Shown piece by piece: positions 42,288 to 52,342 of a stretch of DNA of 64,000 nucleotides. Made by a program: the position numbers and the translations under genes. Under the pieces are notes generated by a model. It was not told the origin of the DNA. It searched no databases and saw only the letters and a list, made by a program, of their open reading frames with translations. How positions within the stretch are numbered: position 1 is the stretch's first letter; each line of letters starts with the position of its first letter. The stretch is taken from assembly GCA_963666055.2 (NCBI GenBank), contig CAXWPH010000015.1:512001-576000 (forward strand). Reading direction: 5' to 3'. Origin of the DNA: Acidobacteriota bacterium. Its GTDB lineage: Bacteria; Acidobacteriota; UBA890; WLXD01.

Positions 42288-43223
42288 CTAAGGCTGGCCG
42301 GCGGCGCCCTTGCCCTGGTTAATGACGCTCATCGCAGTGGCTATTATCGAAGCCGCATCGGCGACGCTCGCCGGCAGAATCATGGTGTTGTTGGTCTTGG
42401 CCAGCTCTCCGAACTTCTCGATGTAATCCTGCGCGACCTTCAGCTGTACCGCCTCCGGACCGCCGGGGGCACCAATCGCCTCGGCGACACGAGTGATCCC
42501 GTCGGCAGTCGCGGCGGCAACAGCGAGGATCGCCTGGGCTTCGCCCTCTGCCTCGTTGATCTGCTTTTGTTTGGCGGCTTCCGAAGCCTTGATGACCTGC
42601 TGCTTGGCGCCTTCCGCCTCGTTGACTGCCGCATCACGCTCGCCTTCCGAGGTCAGGATCACGGCGCGCTTTTCCCGCTCGGCGCGCATTTGCTTTTCCA
42701 TTGCGGCGAGAACGTCCTGCGGCGGAGTGATGTTCTTGATCTCGTAGCGCAGCACCTTGATGCCCCAGGGCTCGGAGGCCTTGTCCACTTCCTCGACAAC
42801 CCGGATGTTTATCGTGGTGCGCTCTTCGAAGGTCCGGTCCAGATCGATCTTGCCGATTTCGCTGCGCAAGGTGGTCTGGGCGAGCTGGCTGATCGCGAAC
42901 ATGTAGTTGGCCACACCGTAGGAGGCGCGTTTCGGATCCATGACCTTGAGGTAGAGCACTCCGTCAACGCCAACTTGCACGTTGTCGCGCGTGATGCAGA
43001 TCTGTTCCGGAATGTCGACGGCCGTCTCCTTGAGACCGTGCTGGTAGCGAATCACATCGAGGAACGGCAGGAGGATATGGAATCCCGGTTCGAGCGTCTT
43101 GTGGAACTTGCCCAGCCGCTCGACGATGAAGGCGTTCTGTTGTGGAACGACCTTCGCCGTCTTGGTAATAACGATGACAACGAAAGCTGCAAAAACGGTG
43201 AAAACGAAGACTGTCATGCTCAT
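42288..43223 (-). CDS. SPFH/band 7 (paraslipin/QmcA-like) protein
   Basis: IVERLGKF, ITRDNV, LAQTTLRSEIG, WGIKVLRYEIK, MEKQMRAERE. Confidence 0.93.
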   Translation of the reverse strand: MSMTVFVFTVFAAFVVIVITKTAKVVPQQNAFIVERLGKFHKTLEPGFHILLPFLDVIRYQHGLKETAVDIPEQICITRDNVQVGVDGVLYLKVMDPKRASYGVANYMFAISQLAQTTLRSEIGKIDLDRTFEERTTINIRVVEEVDKASEPWGIKVLRYEIKNITPPQDVLAAMEKQMRAEREKRAVILTSEGERDAAVNEAEGAKQQVIKASEAAKQKQINEAEGEAQAILAVAAATADGITRVAEAIGAPGGPEAVQLKVAQDYIEKFGELAKTNNTMILPASVADAASIIATAMSVINQGKGAAGQP

Positions 43224-43660
43224 GCCTGGCTCCTCCGTATATAGAGTTTCAACCCATCGACCCGCTCAACTACACCCCTGTCACCTCGGGCAAGAGCCTC
43301 TGCGCCTACGTTCTGCGCACCCCAGGAAGTGCCGCGAAGCTCAGCTCTGCCGTCGGCGCCGGGAGCGATGTCCTCGGCAACGACTACCGACTTGCCCACC
43401 AGCGAGTCGACATGCCCAGCATCGTCTTCAGTTCTTTCCAACCTTCGTAGAATCGGCCCGCGAAGCATGAGCAGGGACGCCACCGAGAGCACCGAGAACA
43501 CCGCCCACTGAAACCACACGGGGCCGCCGATACCGAGCGAGACCAGTACCCCCACGACGACAGCAGCGGCACCAAAGAAGAGCAGGATGATACCGCCCGG
43601 AACCATGACCTCGAGGGCCAGCAGCCCCAGCCCGACGAGTATCCAAATCCACCAATCCAT
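43220..43660 (-). CDS. NfeD family protein
   Basis: N-terminal TM segments, GRAELRGTSW, VERVDGLKLYI; coupled to the SPFH gene. Confidence 0.9.
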   Translation of the reverse strand: MDWWIWILVGLGLLALEVMVPGGIILLFFGAAAVVVGVLVSLGIGGPVWFQWAVFSVLSVASLLMLRGPILRRLERTEDDAGHVDSLVGKSVVVAEDIAPGADGRAELRGTSWGAQNVGAEALARGDRGVVERVDGLKLYIRRSQA

Positions 43661-43761
43661 GTCAGATCTCCTTTCGGCCGGCGAGCGTGAGAGTCTATAT
43701 GCATTTACTCGGAGGCACTCGGCCCGCGAACTTCAATCTGGCGCCGAGAGAAGCACAGAGG

Positions 43762-43789
43762 TGGTTTCGACGAGCTGAAGCGGCGTGTC
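43762..43789 (+). repeat. Decayed kinase-tail remnant
   Basis: tggtttcgacgagctgaagcggcgtgtc. Confidence 0.65.
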
Positions 43790-43953
43790 GCCGAGCTGAC
43801 CCTGCCGAGCCCACTCCGGAGCTTCCCACCCGGCACCGGCCACAAGACAACCTGTCAGCAACACGGTCGATTGGACTCCCCGGCCACGCCAGAGCGCGGT
43901 TCGCAGGCGGGCACTCCGTGCTCGGCTAACGGGTTGCAGCCCGGTTCGCAAGG

Positions 43954-45171
43954 TCACTCATCGGGAGAGGACGCAACGCCCGCACCGCGCAATTTCACTC
44001 GTGTCTTGCTGCCGTTAGGGTCATTGGACACGATGACGACCTTGGCCCGCTGCAGCCCTGTCGCAGTGGGCTCGAAACGGACGCGGAAATCGCAGGACTG
44101 CTGAGGAGCCAAGACGGCGCTCGAGCAGGTGTCCTTGCGGGTCGGTAGGGCGAACTGCGATCGGCCGCCGCCAGTGAGCTTGATCGCGAAGATGTCGACA
44201 TCCTGGGGCGCTCGGTTGGTGACGGTGACCCTCTGCAACGAGCCCGCGCCAGTTTCGACATCCCCGAAGTCGAGCTTCGGCTCGACGGTCAGACCACCGG
44301 CAGTCTCGTCCTCGACCCACAGCGGATCGGCACTATCCGGGGCGCGCATCTCCCCGAGAAAGCCGTGGTTCTGGGCTGGCGACAGGTCTGCAAGAGCCTG
44401 TCCCGCACCCTCGTCGAATGCCCAATAGCCGACGAGGCCGGTCGAGAGAGGGTCCACCCCGAGGCTGTGGAACTCTGCGATCTCAGCGTCGGTGAGAGCT
44501 ACGTTCCACATGGCAGGCTCGTCGATCTGCCCGGGGAAGAACCAGGTGGGCGGTTCCACGCCTCCGGGAGGCGGGCCGATTGTCCCGAACGTGCAGCCGA
44601 TCGACAGGTCCTGGAAATTGTTCGACGAAGGCACGCCGGTTCCCTCACAACTCGCCCGCCTTTGTCCGTCTATGTAGAGAGCCAGGTCCGCCGATGATTC
44701 ACGCGCCACAGCCACGTGGTGCCAGGCGTCGTCGGCGACGAAAAGATCGCCAGTAACCGTACACGTGCCCGACGGAAAGCAGTCGTTCAGTGGATAGCAG
44801 TAGTTGTTCTCGCGCGTGTCCTCGAGCATGACTTCCAGAGTCCCGTCGCCGGTAACGTAGAGTTGCCAGCTCAGGTTGAACGAATTGTCGTCCTCCCCGC
44901 GAGCGATGACGGCTGCTCTGCCGCTGGGCTGTGTGAGCTTGATCCAGGCGCCGGCGGTGAAGACCTCGGTTGGGAACGAGGCGTCGTAGGGAACAATCGC
45001 GCGGTCATCGATCCCATCGAACTGCAGCGCTTTGGCGCGGTCCCGCGCGACCTTCCCGGTCACCAGAGCCGGGGCGTTCCCATGCGCCAACAGCACGATG
45101 GCGAGCAACATCGCCCAGTACGGCGAACGGTGCAGTGCGTGTCGTTGCCGGTGCAGTCGTCTACCCCACAT
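43954..45171 (-). CDS. LamG/concanavalin-A domain protein with C-terminal Ig-like (ASH / choice-of-anchor D) domain
   Basis: ALQFDGIDD, WHHVAV, LYIDG, FPGQIDE, GLVGYWAFDEG; then LDFGDV...CDFRVRFEPT...SNDP. Confidence 0.85.
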   Translation of the reverse strand: MWGRRLHRQRHALHRSPYWAMLLAIVLLAHGNAPALVTGKVARDRAKALQFDGIDDRAIVPYDASFPTEVFTAGAWIKLTQPSGRAAVIARGEDDNSFNLSWQLYVTGDGTLEVMLEDTRENNYCYPLNDCFPSGTCTVTGDLFVADDAWHHVAVARESSADLALYIDGQRRASCEGTGVPSSNNFQDLSIGCTFGTIGPPPGGVEPPTWFFPGQIDEPAMWNVALTDAEIAEFHSLGVDPLSTGLVGYWAFDEGAGQALADLSPAQNHGFLGEMRAPDSADPLWVEDETAGGLTVEPKLDFGDVETGAGSLQRVTVTNRAPQDVDIFAIKLTGGGRSQFALPTRKDTCSSAVLAPQQSCDFRVRFEPTATGLQRAKVVIVSNDPNGSKTRVKLRGAGVASSPDE

Positions 45172-45174
45172 CGT

Positions 45175-46190
45175 CTACTCCACCACGAACTGACCCATCA
45201 TCCCGACGTCTTCGTGCTCGAGGATGTGGCAATGGAACATGTACGGGTTCAAGGGATCCGCGTAGTCGTGAAATCGCTTGATGATGCGCACGGTCTCGAA
45301 GGGGCGGACCAGCACCACGTCCTTCCAGCCGAGCTCACTTGCCGCCGGCAGCGCGCCGTCCCGCGACAGGACCTGGAACGAGTCGCCGTGTACGTGGAAC
45401 GGGTGGGCCTGTGTGTTGGGGTTGGTGATCTCCCAGATCTCGGTATCGCCAACGCGGATGCGTGCGTCGATGATCGCCATGTTCATCCGCTTGCCGTTGA
45501 TTCCGAAGGGGTTGGCGTTGAGCTCGAAAGGCCGTGGCCTCGCGGCGTTGACGGCTTCTGACTGCGGAATCCGATCGACGGGCGCCAGGCGCTCGGGAAC
45601 GTCGGTAACGGCGTCTCGCTTGGTGCGCTTGACTTTGATCGTGAGCAGATCGAAATCGGCGCTGTCCCAGGTATCCTGGAGCGGACGCGGCACCAACCGC
45701 GTGCCGTTCTCCGAATTGAAGCTGCGAAGCTTGATCTTCCGGCCTTTGTCGGCACCCAGGTCGACCAGGATCTCGGCCCGTTCCGCGGGTGCCAGGATCA
45801 GCCGCGACAAGGGCACCGGAGCGGCGAGGAATCCGCCGTCCGAGCCCACCTGATAGAAGATCCGCTCGTCACTGAAGCCGAGGTTGTAGATGCGCGCATT
45901 CGAGGCGTTCAGGAGGCGCAGACGAATCACCTGGGCGCCAACCTTCAGCAGTGGGGCCTCGACGCCGTTCACCAGAAAATGGCCGCCCTTGCGGAGCGCG
46001 GGATCGGTAGCGGGGTTCCAGTCGTCGGGGAAATGCATGAGGCGGCCGTCTTCGTGGAACCGTCGATCCTGGAGAATCAGCGGGATGTCATCGCCTCCGT
46101 AGGAGCGTGGCAACGCCAGCGTGTCCGAGGTGTCGTCCTCGACGATGAGCATGCCGGCGAGCCCCTGATAGACCTGGTAGCCAGTCCCCG
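45175..46190 (-). pseudogene. Multicopper oxidase (CueO/bilirubin-oxidase-like), 5'-truncated
   Basis: QVYQGLAG, DIPLILQDR, RLRLLNASNAR, HPFHVHG and HCHILEHED present; N-terminal HWHG and WYHxH motifs absent. Confidence 0.82.
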
Positions 46191-46242
46191 TCGGATCCAT
46201 GAGCACCGACTGGCCCAGTCTTTCGGCCGCTTTCACCTCCAG

Positions 46243-47466
46243 CTACCGACCGGTCAGCAGCCGAATGGTTGCCGGACGCCCCTCGGCCGGCAGGAACATG
46301 CCAGCAAGAGCCACCACCGCCCCCAGTCCTCCAAGGGCCACCAGCACCCAGAAAAAGCCGCCAGTGAACCCGTGCAGCGACGCGACCATGGGCACGGCGA
46401 GCGATGCGAGGCCGAAGGCAAGGACGAACTTGACGCCGTAAACGGTGCCACGCCAGTCGGGCGGCGAATACCGCGCCAGAAGGACGTTTTCGACCGGAAT
46501 GCCCCCAGTTTGTAGAAAGACGGCGGCGGCCAAGACTGCTACCAGACCGTAGCCGCTCAGACCGGCCGCGACCAACAGCAATGGGGTGACGATCACGTAG
46601 ATTCCCACGTAGACGGGACGCGCCGTGTGGCGGTCTGCCAGATACCCGCCGAGCACATGGGCAGCGGCGGCGATGAGGTAGACGAGCGACACCAGGCCGC
46701 CGGCCCCGAGAGCGCTAAATTCGCCAGGCTGCAGCAACCGCTCGGCGAACAACTTGGGCATGACCACCGACAGCGCCTGGAACACCATGCCGCCGCACAG
46801 GATCGCGACGGCCAGCACCAAGAACACGCGTGATCGACCCTCGCTGGGCGCGCCCCGATCCAGCTCCTGCGCGTCGCGCTCTCGCGCCACAATGGTGCCG
46901 TCACGGATGTAACGCCAGAGCAACAGGCCGGTGATCGTGGAAACGCCTCCCGGAACTATGAACGCGGCGCGCCAGCTGATCAGGTCGGTGAGCAAACCGG
47001 CGATCAAGCTGGCCGAGGCAATTCCCACGCTGCCGAAGATCCCGTTGATGCCCAGCACCCGGCCGGGGCTCGCAGCGTTGCGGACCAGCCAAGCGATCCC
47101 GACCGGGTGATAGATGGACGCAAACAGCCCCATCAAGGCAAGGCCGAACCCGATGCTAACGGCGCTGCTCATCAAGCCGGTGAGAATCGAGGCAACACCG
47201 AGACCGACGAAGAACAGCACCATCATGCGCAGGGCGTCCCAGCGGTCGCCCAGCCAGCCGGCAGGCAGCGCGCCGAAGCCGAAGAGGACGTTCCCGGCCG
47301 TCAGCAGCGCTATCAGCTCCGCGTAGCTCATGCTCAACTCCGCCTCCAGGCCGAGCAGCGCGGTCGGATACAGCAGCATGAACAGGTGTGAAAAGCTGTG
47401 GCCGACGTTGGAGAAGCGCATCGACAGCTGTTCTGACGAGATCATGGCTGAGCCAGTCTGTATCAA
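46243..47466 (-). CDS. MFS transporter
   Basis: GWLGDRW motif A, ASIYHPVG, about 12 TM segments. Confidence 0.9.
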   Translation of the reverse strand: MIQTGSAMISSEQLSMRFSNVGHSFSHLFMLLYPTALLGLEAELSMSYAELIALLTAGNVLFGFGALPAGWLGDRWDALRMMVLFFVGLGVASILTGLMSSAVSIGFGLALMGLFASIYHPVGIAWLVRNAASPGRVLGINGIFGSVGIASASLIAGLLTDLISWRAAFIVPGGVSTITGLLLWRYIRDGTIVARERDAQELDRGAPSEGRSRVFLVLAVAILCGGMVFQALSVVMPKLFAERLLQPGEFSALGAGGLVSLVYLIAAAAHVLGGYLADRHTARPVYVGIYVIVTPLLLVAAGLSGYGLVAVLAAAVFLQTGGIPVENVLLARYSPPDWRGTVYGVKFVLAFGLASLAVPMVASLHGFTGGFFWVLVALGGLGAVVALAGMFLPAEGRPATIRLLTGR

Positions 47467-47512
47467 GTCAGCACCCGCGTCGAAGCCATGCTATCGCTGG
47501 GCATGTTGTCCC

Positions 47513-48289
47513 TCAGGGAACAATGATGCCGAAGTACACGAAGACAAGTCCGAGCGTGTCGTTGATCCCGTGCGCAAGGATCAGGGGCCAGAGGTTCCGT
47601 CTTGCCAAGAGGAATGCACCACCATAGACAGCACCGCCGATGCCAATAGATATGGCCTGCACTGGTCCCTGGTAAGCGTGGATGAGCCCAAAGCCAATCG
47701 CCTGAACGAGGACTGCCGCCACCCACGCCGCACGGGAAGCGCCTAGAGCCTCAGCGATCACCGTCAACAGGAAACCACGAAAGAAGAACTCTTCTCCGAA
47801 GGCTGCCAGCAGCCAAACGAGGGGCAGTATTGCCAGTAACAGGCCAAGGTTTCCCGGTAGATCTCGGAATCGATCAAGTTGCTGAGCTTCCCCGAAGGCA
47901 GCCACCAGAGCAGGCCTTGCCATTCCAATGGCAAGCGAATCGATGACCATCGTGCCGATCACCCACTTGAGCAATGAGCGCGATGGCCGAAAAACCCGCA
48001 GCCCAATGTGCACAAGGGGAATTTTCGTAGCCCACATCCAGATCATCAGGGCCAAGACCAGCAGAAAGCTCAACCAAGCGGTCTCTACCACCGGCATCAA
48101 CGACCAGCTTCGTGGGATCCACCCGGCGTACCGCACCAGGGCGAGCCCGAAATAGCCAGCAACAAACGACCCGGCACCGATACTTGGGAAGAGCTGCTGC
48201 TGCTTGTCCGTTCTGTGTGCCCTCTCGGTCAACTTGACTGCCTCTTGCACGGCACCATCTCCTTGTTGTCGTGGAGATCGTTGTCGCAA
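47513..48289 (-). CDS. CPBP (CAAX protease/Abi) family intramembrane metalloprotease
   Basis: FGEEFFFRGF, FGLIH, LAHGIND. Confidence 0.88.
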   Translation of the reverse strand: MRQRSPRQQGDGAVQEAVKLTERAHRTDKQQQLFPSIGAGSFVAGYFGLALVRYAGWIPRSWSLMPVVETAWLSFLLVLALMIWMWATKIPLVHIGLRVFRPSRSLLKWVIGTMVIDSLAIGMARPALVAAFGEAQQLDRFRDLPGNLGLLLAILPLVWLLAAFGEEFFFRGFLLTVIAEALGASRAAWVAAVLVQAIGFGLIHAYQGPVQAISIGIGGAVYGGAFLLARRNLWPLILAHGINDTLGLVFVYFGIIVP

Positions 48290-48469
48290 AATTTACTACA
48301 TACGTAGTAATTCAGACTGCATAAGAAAGCCGGAACGGCACCGGATCGTGCCCTACGCATTGGGCTCGCACCGCATCGCCGACGTTGAGCTGCGCGGTCA
48401 TGCCGAGCGTGTGTGGGTGTGGAAGTGGGCTGTGGGCGCGTCATACGACGGCCGAACCCGACTGGGACG

Positions 48470-48700
48470 GAGTGTGGCAGGCAGCGTTGAGGACCGGGAC
48501 CTCGGTGGCGCGGGTGGCCGGATCGCCCCGCCGCGGCTCGTACTGGACGAAGTCCCCGGTTACCGAGGCGCCCTCCCACTCATCGACGCCGACGATGCCG
48601 TCGATGATCGGAGGGTAGCCCTCGACGTTCGACGCCGCCACACTCGCGGCCTTCGGCAAGGGAACCGCCGCAATCATGGCGATCAGACCGGAGGCCCGGA
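48470..48700 (-). pseudogene. 5' fragment of a second CBM9/DUF5916-type gene
   Basis: PIIDGIVGVDEWEGASVTGDFVQYEPRRGDPATRATEV parallels the N-terminal domain of 26120-28741. Confidence 0.65.
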
Positions 48701-48788
48701 GGCGGTGTGGACCAGAGCACGCACAGCCGAAAGTCGCCGCCTGGAACGCTCCGACACCTCTGAAACGCAGGCTCCGTCGATGGTCTGG

Positions 48789-49066
48789 CTAGCAGGCCGT
48801 GGTGAAAGTGTGGTGAGTCTGGCGCAGGGTCTTGCGAAGTGGAGGCAAGGAGAGAGGAGGAGGCGATGGTTACCCCATCGTTGACGAGGAACGACGCAGC
48901 TTACGCGCGCAACCCCCTGTCGCCCGAAGGGTTACGGCGAGTTGGGGCCATTTGCGGTGTTGGCCTTCCTCGACGATGGCTAGGGCATCGCCTGTGTCAG
49001 GCCGCCTTGCATCTGGCCCCAACTCGCCGTAACCAGACCCACCACACTTTCACCACGGCCTGCTAG
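48789..49066. mobile_element. MITE copy 1 (278 bp including both CTAG), 34-bp terminal inverted repeats
   Basis: ctagcaggccgtggtgaaagtgtggtgagtctgg ... ccagacccaccacactttcaccacggcctgctag (1 mismatch); internal 21-bp perfect IR at 48930-48950 / 49014-49034; no transposase. Confidence 0.85.
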
Positions 49067-49428
49067 GGTGTGATCTCTACCAGGTGCATTCTTGTGAGCT
49101 CTGCTGCTCGGTGATCTGTCATTTCGATCAGTGCTTGAGTATGTATGAGTGGCCTTATTGAGCCACCTCTATAGGCACTAGAAATGACTTCTGCGTTCAA
49201 ATCGCGGAACTCTGTCCAAGCCTGCTGAGCAACCTCGAGTAGTTCTCTTCTGTCATTGTCCAAGGCTCCCGCTAGCTGCTCATACGCCTTGTTGAGGATG
49301 AAATCTGATGCGGACAAATGCTGACTTGCGGCTGTATTTAGATCGGTTTGCGTGAGGTCTTGCGAATGTATGATGCTTGGTGTGGCAAGACACAGGAGAC
49401 AAAGGGCGATATTCGTTCTTGCTGCCAT
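49063..49428 (-). CDS. Lysozyme inhibitor LprI (DUF1311) family protein
   Basis: TQTDLN, LNKAYEQL, AQQAWTEFRD, GGSIRP. Confidence 0.8.
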   Translation of the reverse strand: MAARTNIALCLLCLATPSIIHSQDLTQTDLNTAASQHLSASDFILNKAYEQLAGALDNDRRELLEVAQQAWTEFRDLNAEVISSAYRGGSIRPLIHTQALIEMTDHRAAELTRMHLVEITP

Positions 49429-49665
49429 GACGGCTTTCTCCTCAAGCCATAGCGGTTTCCGCGCCCCAGTTGCCGGCCAACAGCATGCCATCCACGATCA
49501 TGGAGTAGGCGAACGGTCGGGCCACCTTCGGGCCCTTCGCTGACGCGGGCGGCGTCTGCCGGTCTGCAACGCCAGCGAGTACGTGTTCGGGCGATACTGT
49601 AGTTGAATTGCGAAGCTCGCTCGCAAACTTCCTGAGCTGAAACTCGTTCTGGGCAACCGCGGCGC

Positions 49666-51003
49666 TTACCGGCCCGCGCTTTTGAGTTGATACCAGAGAC
49701 TGAGCCCGTTATCACGGACCCCAGCAAACACCCGCTCGGAGTCGTTCCAGATCCGTCGGCTCGTCACATCAACGCCGGCACGGTCAGCGAACACGAGGGC
49801 AAACGCAACCGCGTACTGGGGCGGCATGCGCGAATCCTCGATGTCGCCGGCGATCGTCCGGTAGTCAAGATCCGAATCGGCGATCCAGACGGCCGCCTGC
49901 TCGACGGCATACGTCACGGACGGGTACAGCGTCGGCGAGTTGGCGACAGTGTAGGTGCCGACCTGGATCTGATACATCAGATCCTCGAGGCGTGGCTCCG
50001 TGCTCGGCGGAAGAATCTCGAGTGAGTCGCTCTTGTTCGAGATCCTGCGATCGCGCTGGCGACCGACGGTCCGCACCGTCCAGTCGCGCCAGTCGGCATC
50101 CGGGAGCACGACCCATCCATCGCGGCGAGCCACCATGTCCCTGGCACCGTCGTCGGATCGAAAATAGGCTCCGACCGGCGATGTCACGACAATCGACTGA
50201 CCACCGGTTCGCCTGATGCGAATCGTCACCGCTTCATTGCCGGCGCCAAACGCCTGAACCTCAACGAGACCGGCGTCGATGGCGTCGAACAGATCGAAGT
50301 CATCGAGTGACCCTCCTGTCGTGTCGTCGCTCGAGCGAAAGAAGAAGAGGTGCTGGCTTGGAAGAAAGTCGTGCAGCTCCGCCAACTCGAAGCCGGCAGC
50401 CTTCCACTCCAGCAGCACCTGGCGCACCGACATCCGGTGGTCGGCCTTGATCTGGTCTCCGGTGCCGTCCTCGACACGGTACTCGAGCAGTGCGACGCGC
50501 CCACCGGGCGAAAGCGCTCGACGGATGCTCGCCAGCATCGGCTCTGGATCGGACATCTCGTGATAGACGTCGGCGATGATCACCCAGTCAACTTCGCCGG
50601 CGGGAAGCTTCGGGTCGACGGGGGTGCCGAGAATGGCCTCAATGCCGGTGACGTTCTCATCGGCAGCCAGGCCCTTCATGATCTCGAGCATCTCTGGCTG
50701 GATGTCCTCGCAGTACACCGTTCCGCCCGGCCGTACCAACGGTGCCATCTGACGCGCGTAGTACCCTGAGCCGCACCCCACATCAGCCACCACGTCACCG
50801 GGGCTCAGGGCCATCGCCTCCAAGACGCGTTGCGGCTGTTCCTCGACCACCCGGTCCTCACGCTCGAGCCACTCCGCGCCGAGATAAGTCATGAATTCCG
50901 CCGGCACCCGATGACGTTCCTGGCGGTCGGTCTGCGCTTCGGCCGAATGGAAACCGGTGGCGATGCCCAGGAGAACGGCTAGCAGCATGGGACGGTTCTT
51001 CAA
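49666..51003 (-). CDS. Secreted class I SAM-dependent methyltransferase with C-terminal extension
   Basis: GAEWLERE, VADVGCGSGYY, DIQPEML, DVYHE, LPSQH. Confidence 0.85.
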   Translation of the reverse strand: MKNRPMLLAVLLGIATGFHSAEAQTDRQERHRVPAEFMTYLGAEWLEREDRVVEEQPQRVLEAMALSPGDVVADVGCGSGYYARQMAPLVRPGGTVYCEDIQPEMLEIMKGLAADENVTGIEAILGTPVDPKLPAGEVDWVIIADVYHEMSDPEPMLASIRRALSPGGRVALLEYRVEDGTGDQIKADHRMSVRQVLLEWKAAGFELAELHDFLPSQHLFFFRSSDDTTGGSLDDFDLFDAIDAGLVEVQAFGAGNEAVTIRIRRTGGQSIVVTSPVGAYFRSDDGARDMVARRDGWVVLPDADWRDWTVRTVGRQRDRRISNKSDSLEILPPSTEPRLEDLMYQIQVGTYTVANSPTLYPSVTYAVEQAAVWIADSDLDYRTIAGDIEDSRMPPQYAVAFALVFADRAGVDVTSRRIWNDSERVFAGVRDNGLSLWYQLKSAGR

Positions 51004-51091
51004 GAGAGATCCCTCAGAGAGGAGCCTTCCTTCAGCCTACCATCGGGCACTATCAAGTCCCTCTATACTCCGCGTACGGCTACGCACGCGG

Positions 51092-52342
51092 TCAGGCATT
51101 CACGAAGAGCTTTCGCGGCAGGGTCGAGAAGCTCTCCGGTGCCCCGTCCTCGGTCACCCGGATCGTCTCGCTGAGCTCGAAGCCCCAGTTGTCCATCCAC
51201 ATCCCGAGGATCATGTGGAAGGTCATGTCGGGCTCCAGCACGGTGGTGTCGCCGGGGCGCAGGCTGGCGGTGTGCTCACCCCAGTCCGGCGGATAGCCGA
51301 TGCCGATCGAGTAGCCGATGCGCGACTCCTTCTCCAAGTCGGCCTTGGTGATCACCGCGCGCCAGGCGGCCTCCACCTGCTCGCACGTGGTACCCGGACG
51401 GGCCTTCTCGAGCGCCGCCTCCATGCCCTCCACGACCACGTCGGCAACCCGGGTGAGGCGGGGCGGCGGCGAGCCTAGGAATACGGTGCGAGCCAGCCCG
51501 GCGTGGTAGCGATGCCGGCAACCGGCGAGCTCGATATTGGTTGCCTCCCCCACCCTGAAGCGATTGTCCGTCCAGCTCAGGTGGGGGGCCGACGCCTTCT
51601 CGCCGGTCGGCATGAACAGCACGTGGCTGGGGAGATCGCCACCGGATTCCGGTGTGCCCGCAATCTCGGTGGCGTAGAAAATCGCTGCCGCGTCGCATTC
51701 GCGCACTCCCGGCTCGATGCGATCGATGACGGCTCGCATGGCGCGGTCCGCAATCGCGCCCGCCGCGCGCAGGTGCTCGATCTCACGCGGCGACTTGACC
51801 AATCGGACCCAGTTCACCAGCAGGTTGGCGTCGACGAAGGTGGCGTTGGGGAGACCCAGCCGAAGCTGCTCGTAGGCGCGGGCGGTAAAGAAGTAGCTGT
51901 CCATCTCCACACCGAGGCGGCGGTCGCCCCAGCCCTTGTCCGCCAGCACGCCGGCAATGAAGTCCATCTCGTGCCGCGCAGCCGATTGCACGTACTCCTC
52001 CGGATAGCCGACCAGGCTGTCGGAGCTCAGGAAGGCGGAGTGCCGAGCGCAGGCGACGTCCATCTGCCGGCCGATCCAGAGTGGCTCCGCCGCGTCCAGC
52101 GCCAGCGCTGTCAGCTGATGCACGTAGAACGACCAACCGTTGTAACCGATTAGGTAGTTCATGTTGGACGGATCGGTGACGAGCAACACCTCGATGCCCG
52201 CCGCCTCCATACGGCGCTTGGTCTCTTCGATGCGGCTCAGGTACTCGTGCGTCTCGAAGGGCATCTTCGAACTTCCGTCTGCTGGCTCGTCGATTGTCGT
52301 GACGGCGGCCGGAGGGAGCCCCCGGAAGTAGCGGGCAGACAT
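51092..52342 (-). CDS. M24 family hydrolase, ectoine hydrolase DoeA-like
   Basis: DPSNMNYLIGYNGWSFYVHQ, LVNWVRLVKS, SAPHLSW, RIGYSIGIGYPPDWGEHTASLR. The true start may be 52264 (MPFETHEY). Confidence 0.85.
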   Translation of the reverse strand: MSARYFRGLPPAAVTTIDEPADGSSKMPFETHEYLSRIEETKRRMEAAGIEVLLVTDPSNMNYLIGYNGWSFYVHQLTALALDAAEPLWIGRQMDVACARHSAFLSSDSLVGYPEEYVQSAARHEMDFIAGVLADKGWGDRRLGVEMDSYFFTARAYEQLRLGLPNATFVDANLLVNWVRLVKSPREIEHLRAAGAIADRAMRAVIDRIEPGVRECDAAAIFYATEIAGTPESGGDLPSHVLFMPTGEKASAPHLSWTDNRFRVGEATNIELAGCRHRYHAGLARTVFLGSPPPRLTRVADVVVEGMEAALEKARPGTTCEQVEAAWRAVITKADLEKESRIGYSIGIGYPPDWGEHTASLRPGDTTVLEPDMTFHMILGMWMDNWGFELSETIRVTEDGAPESFSTLPRKLFVNA

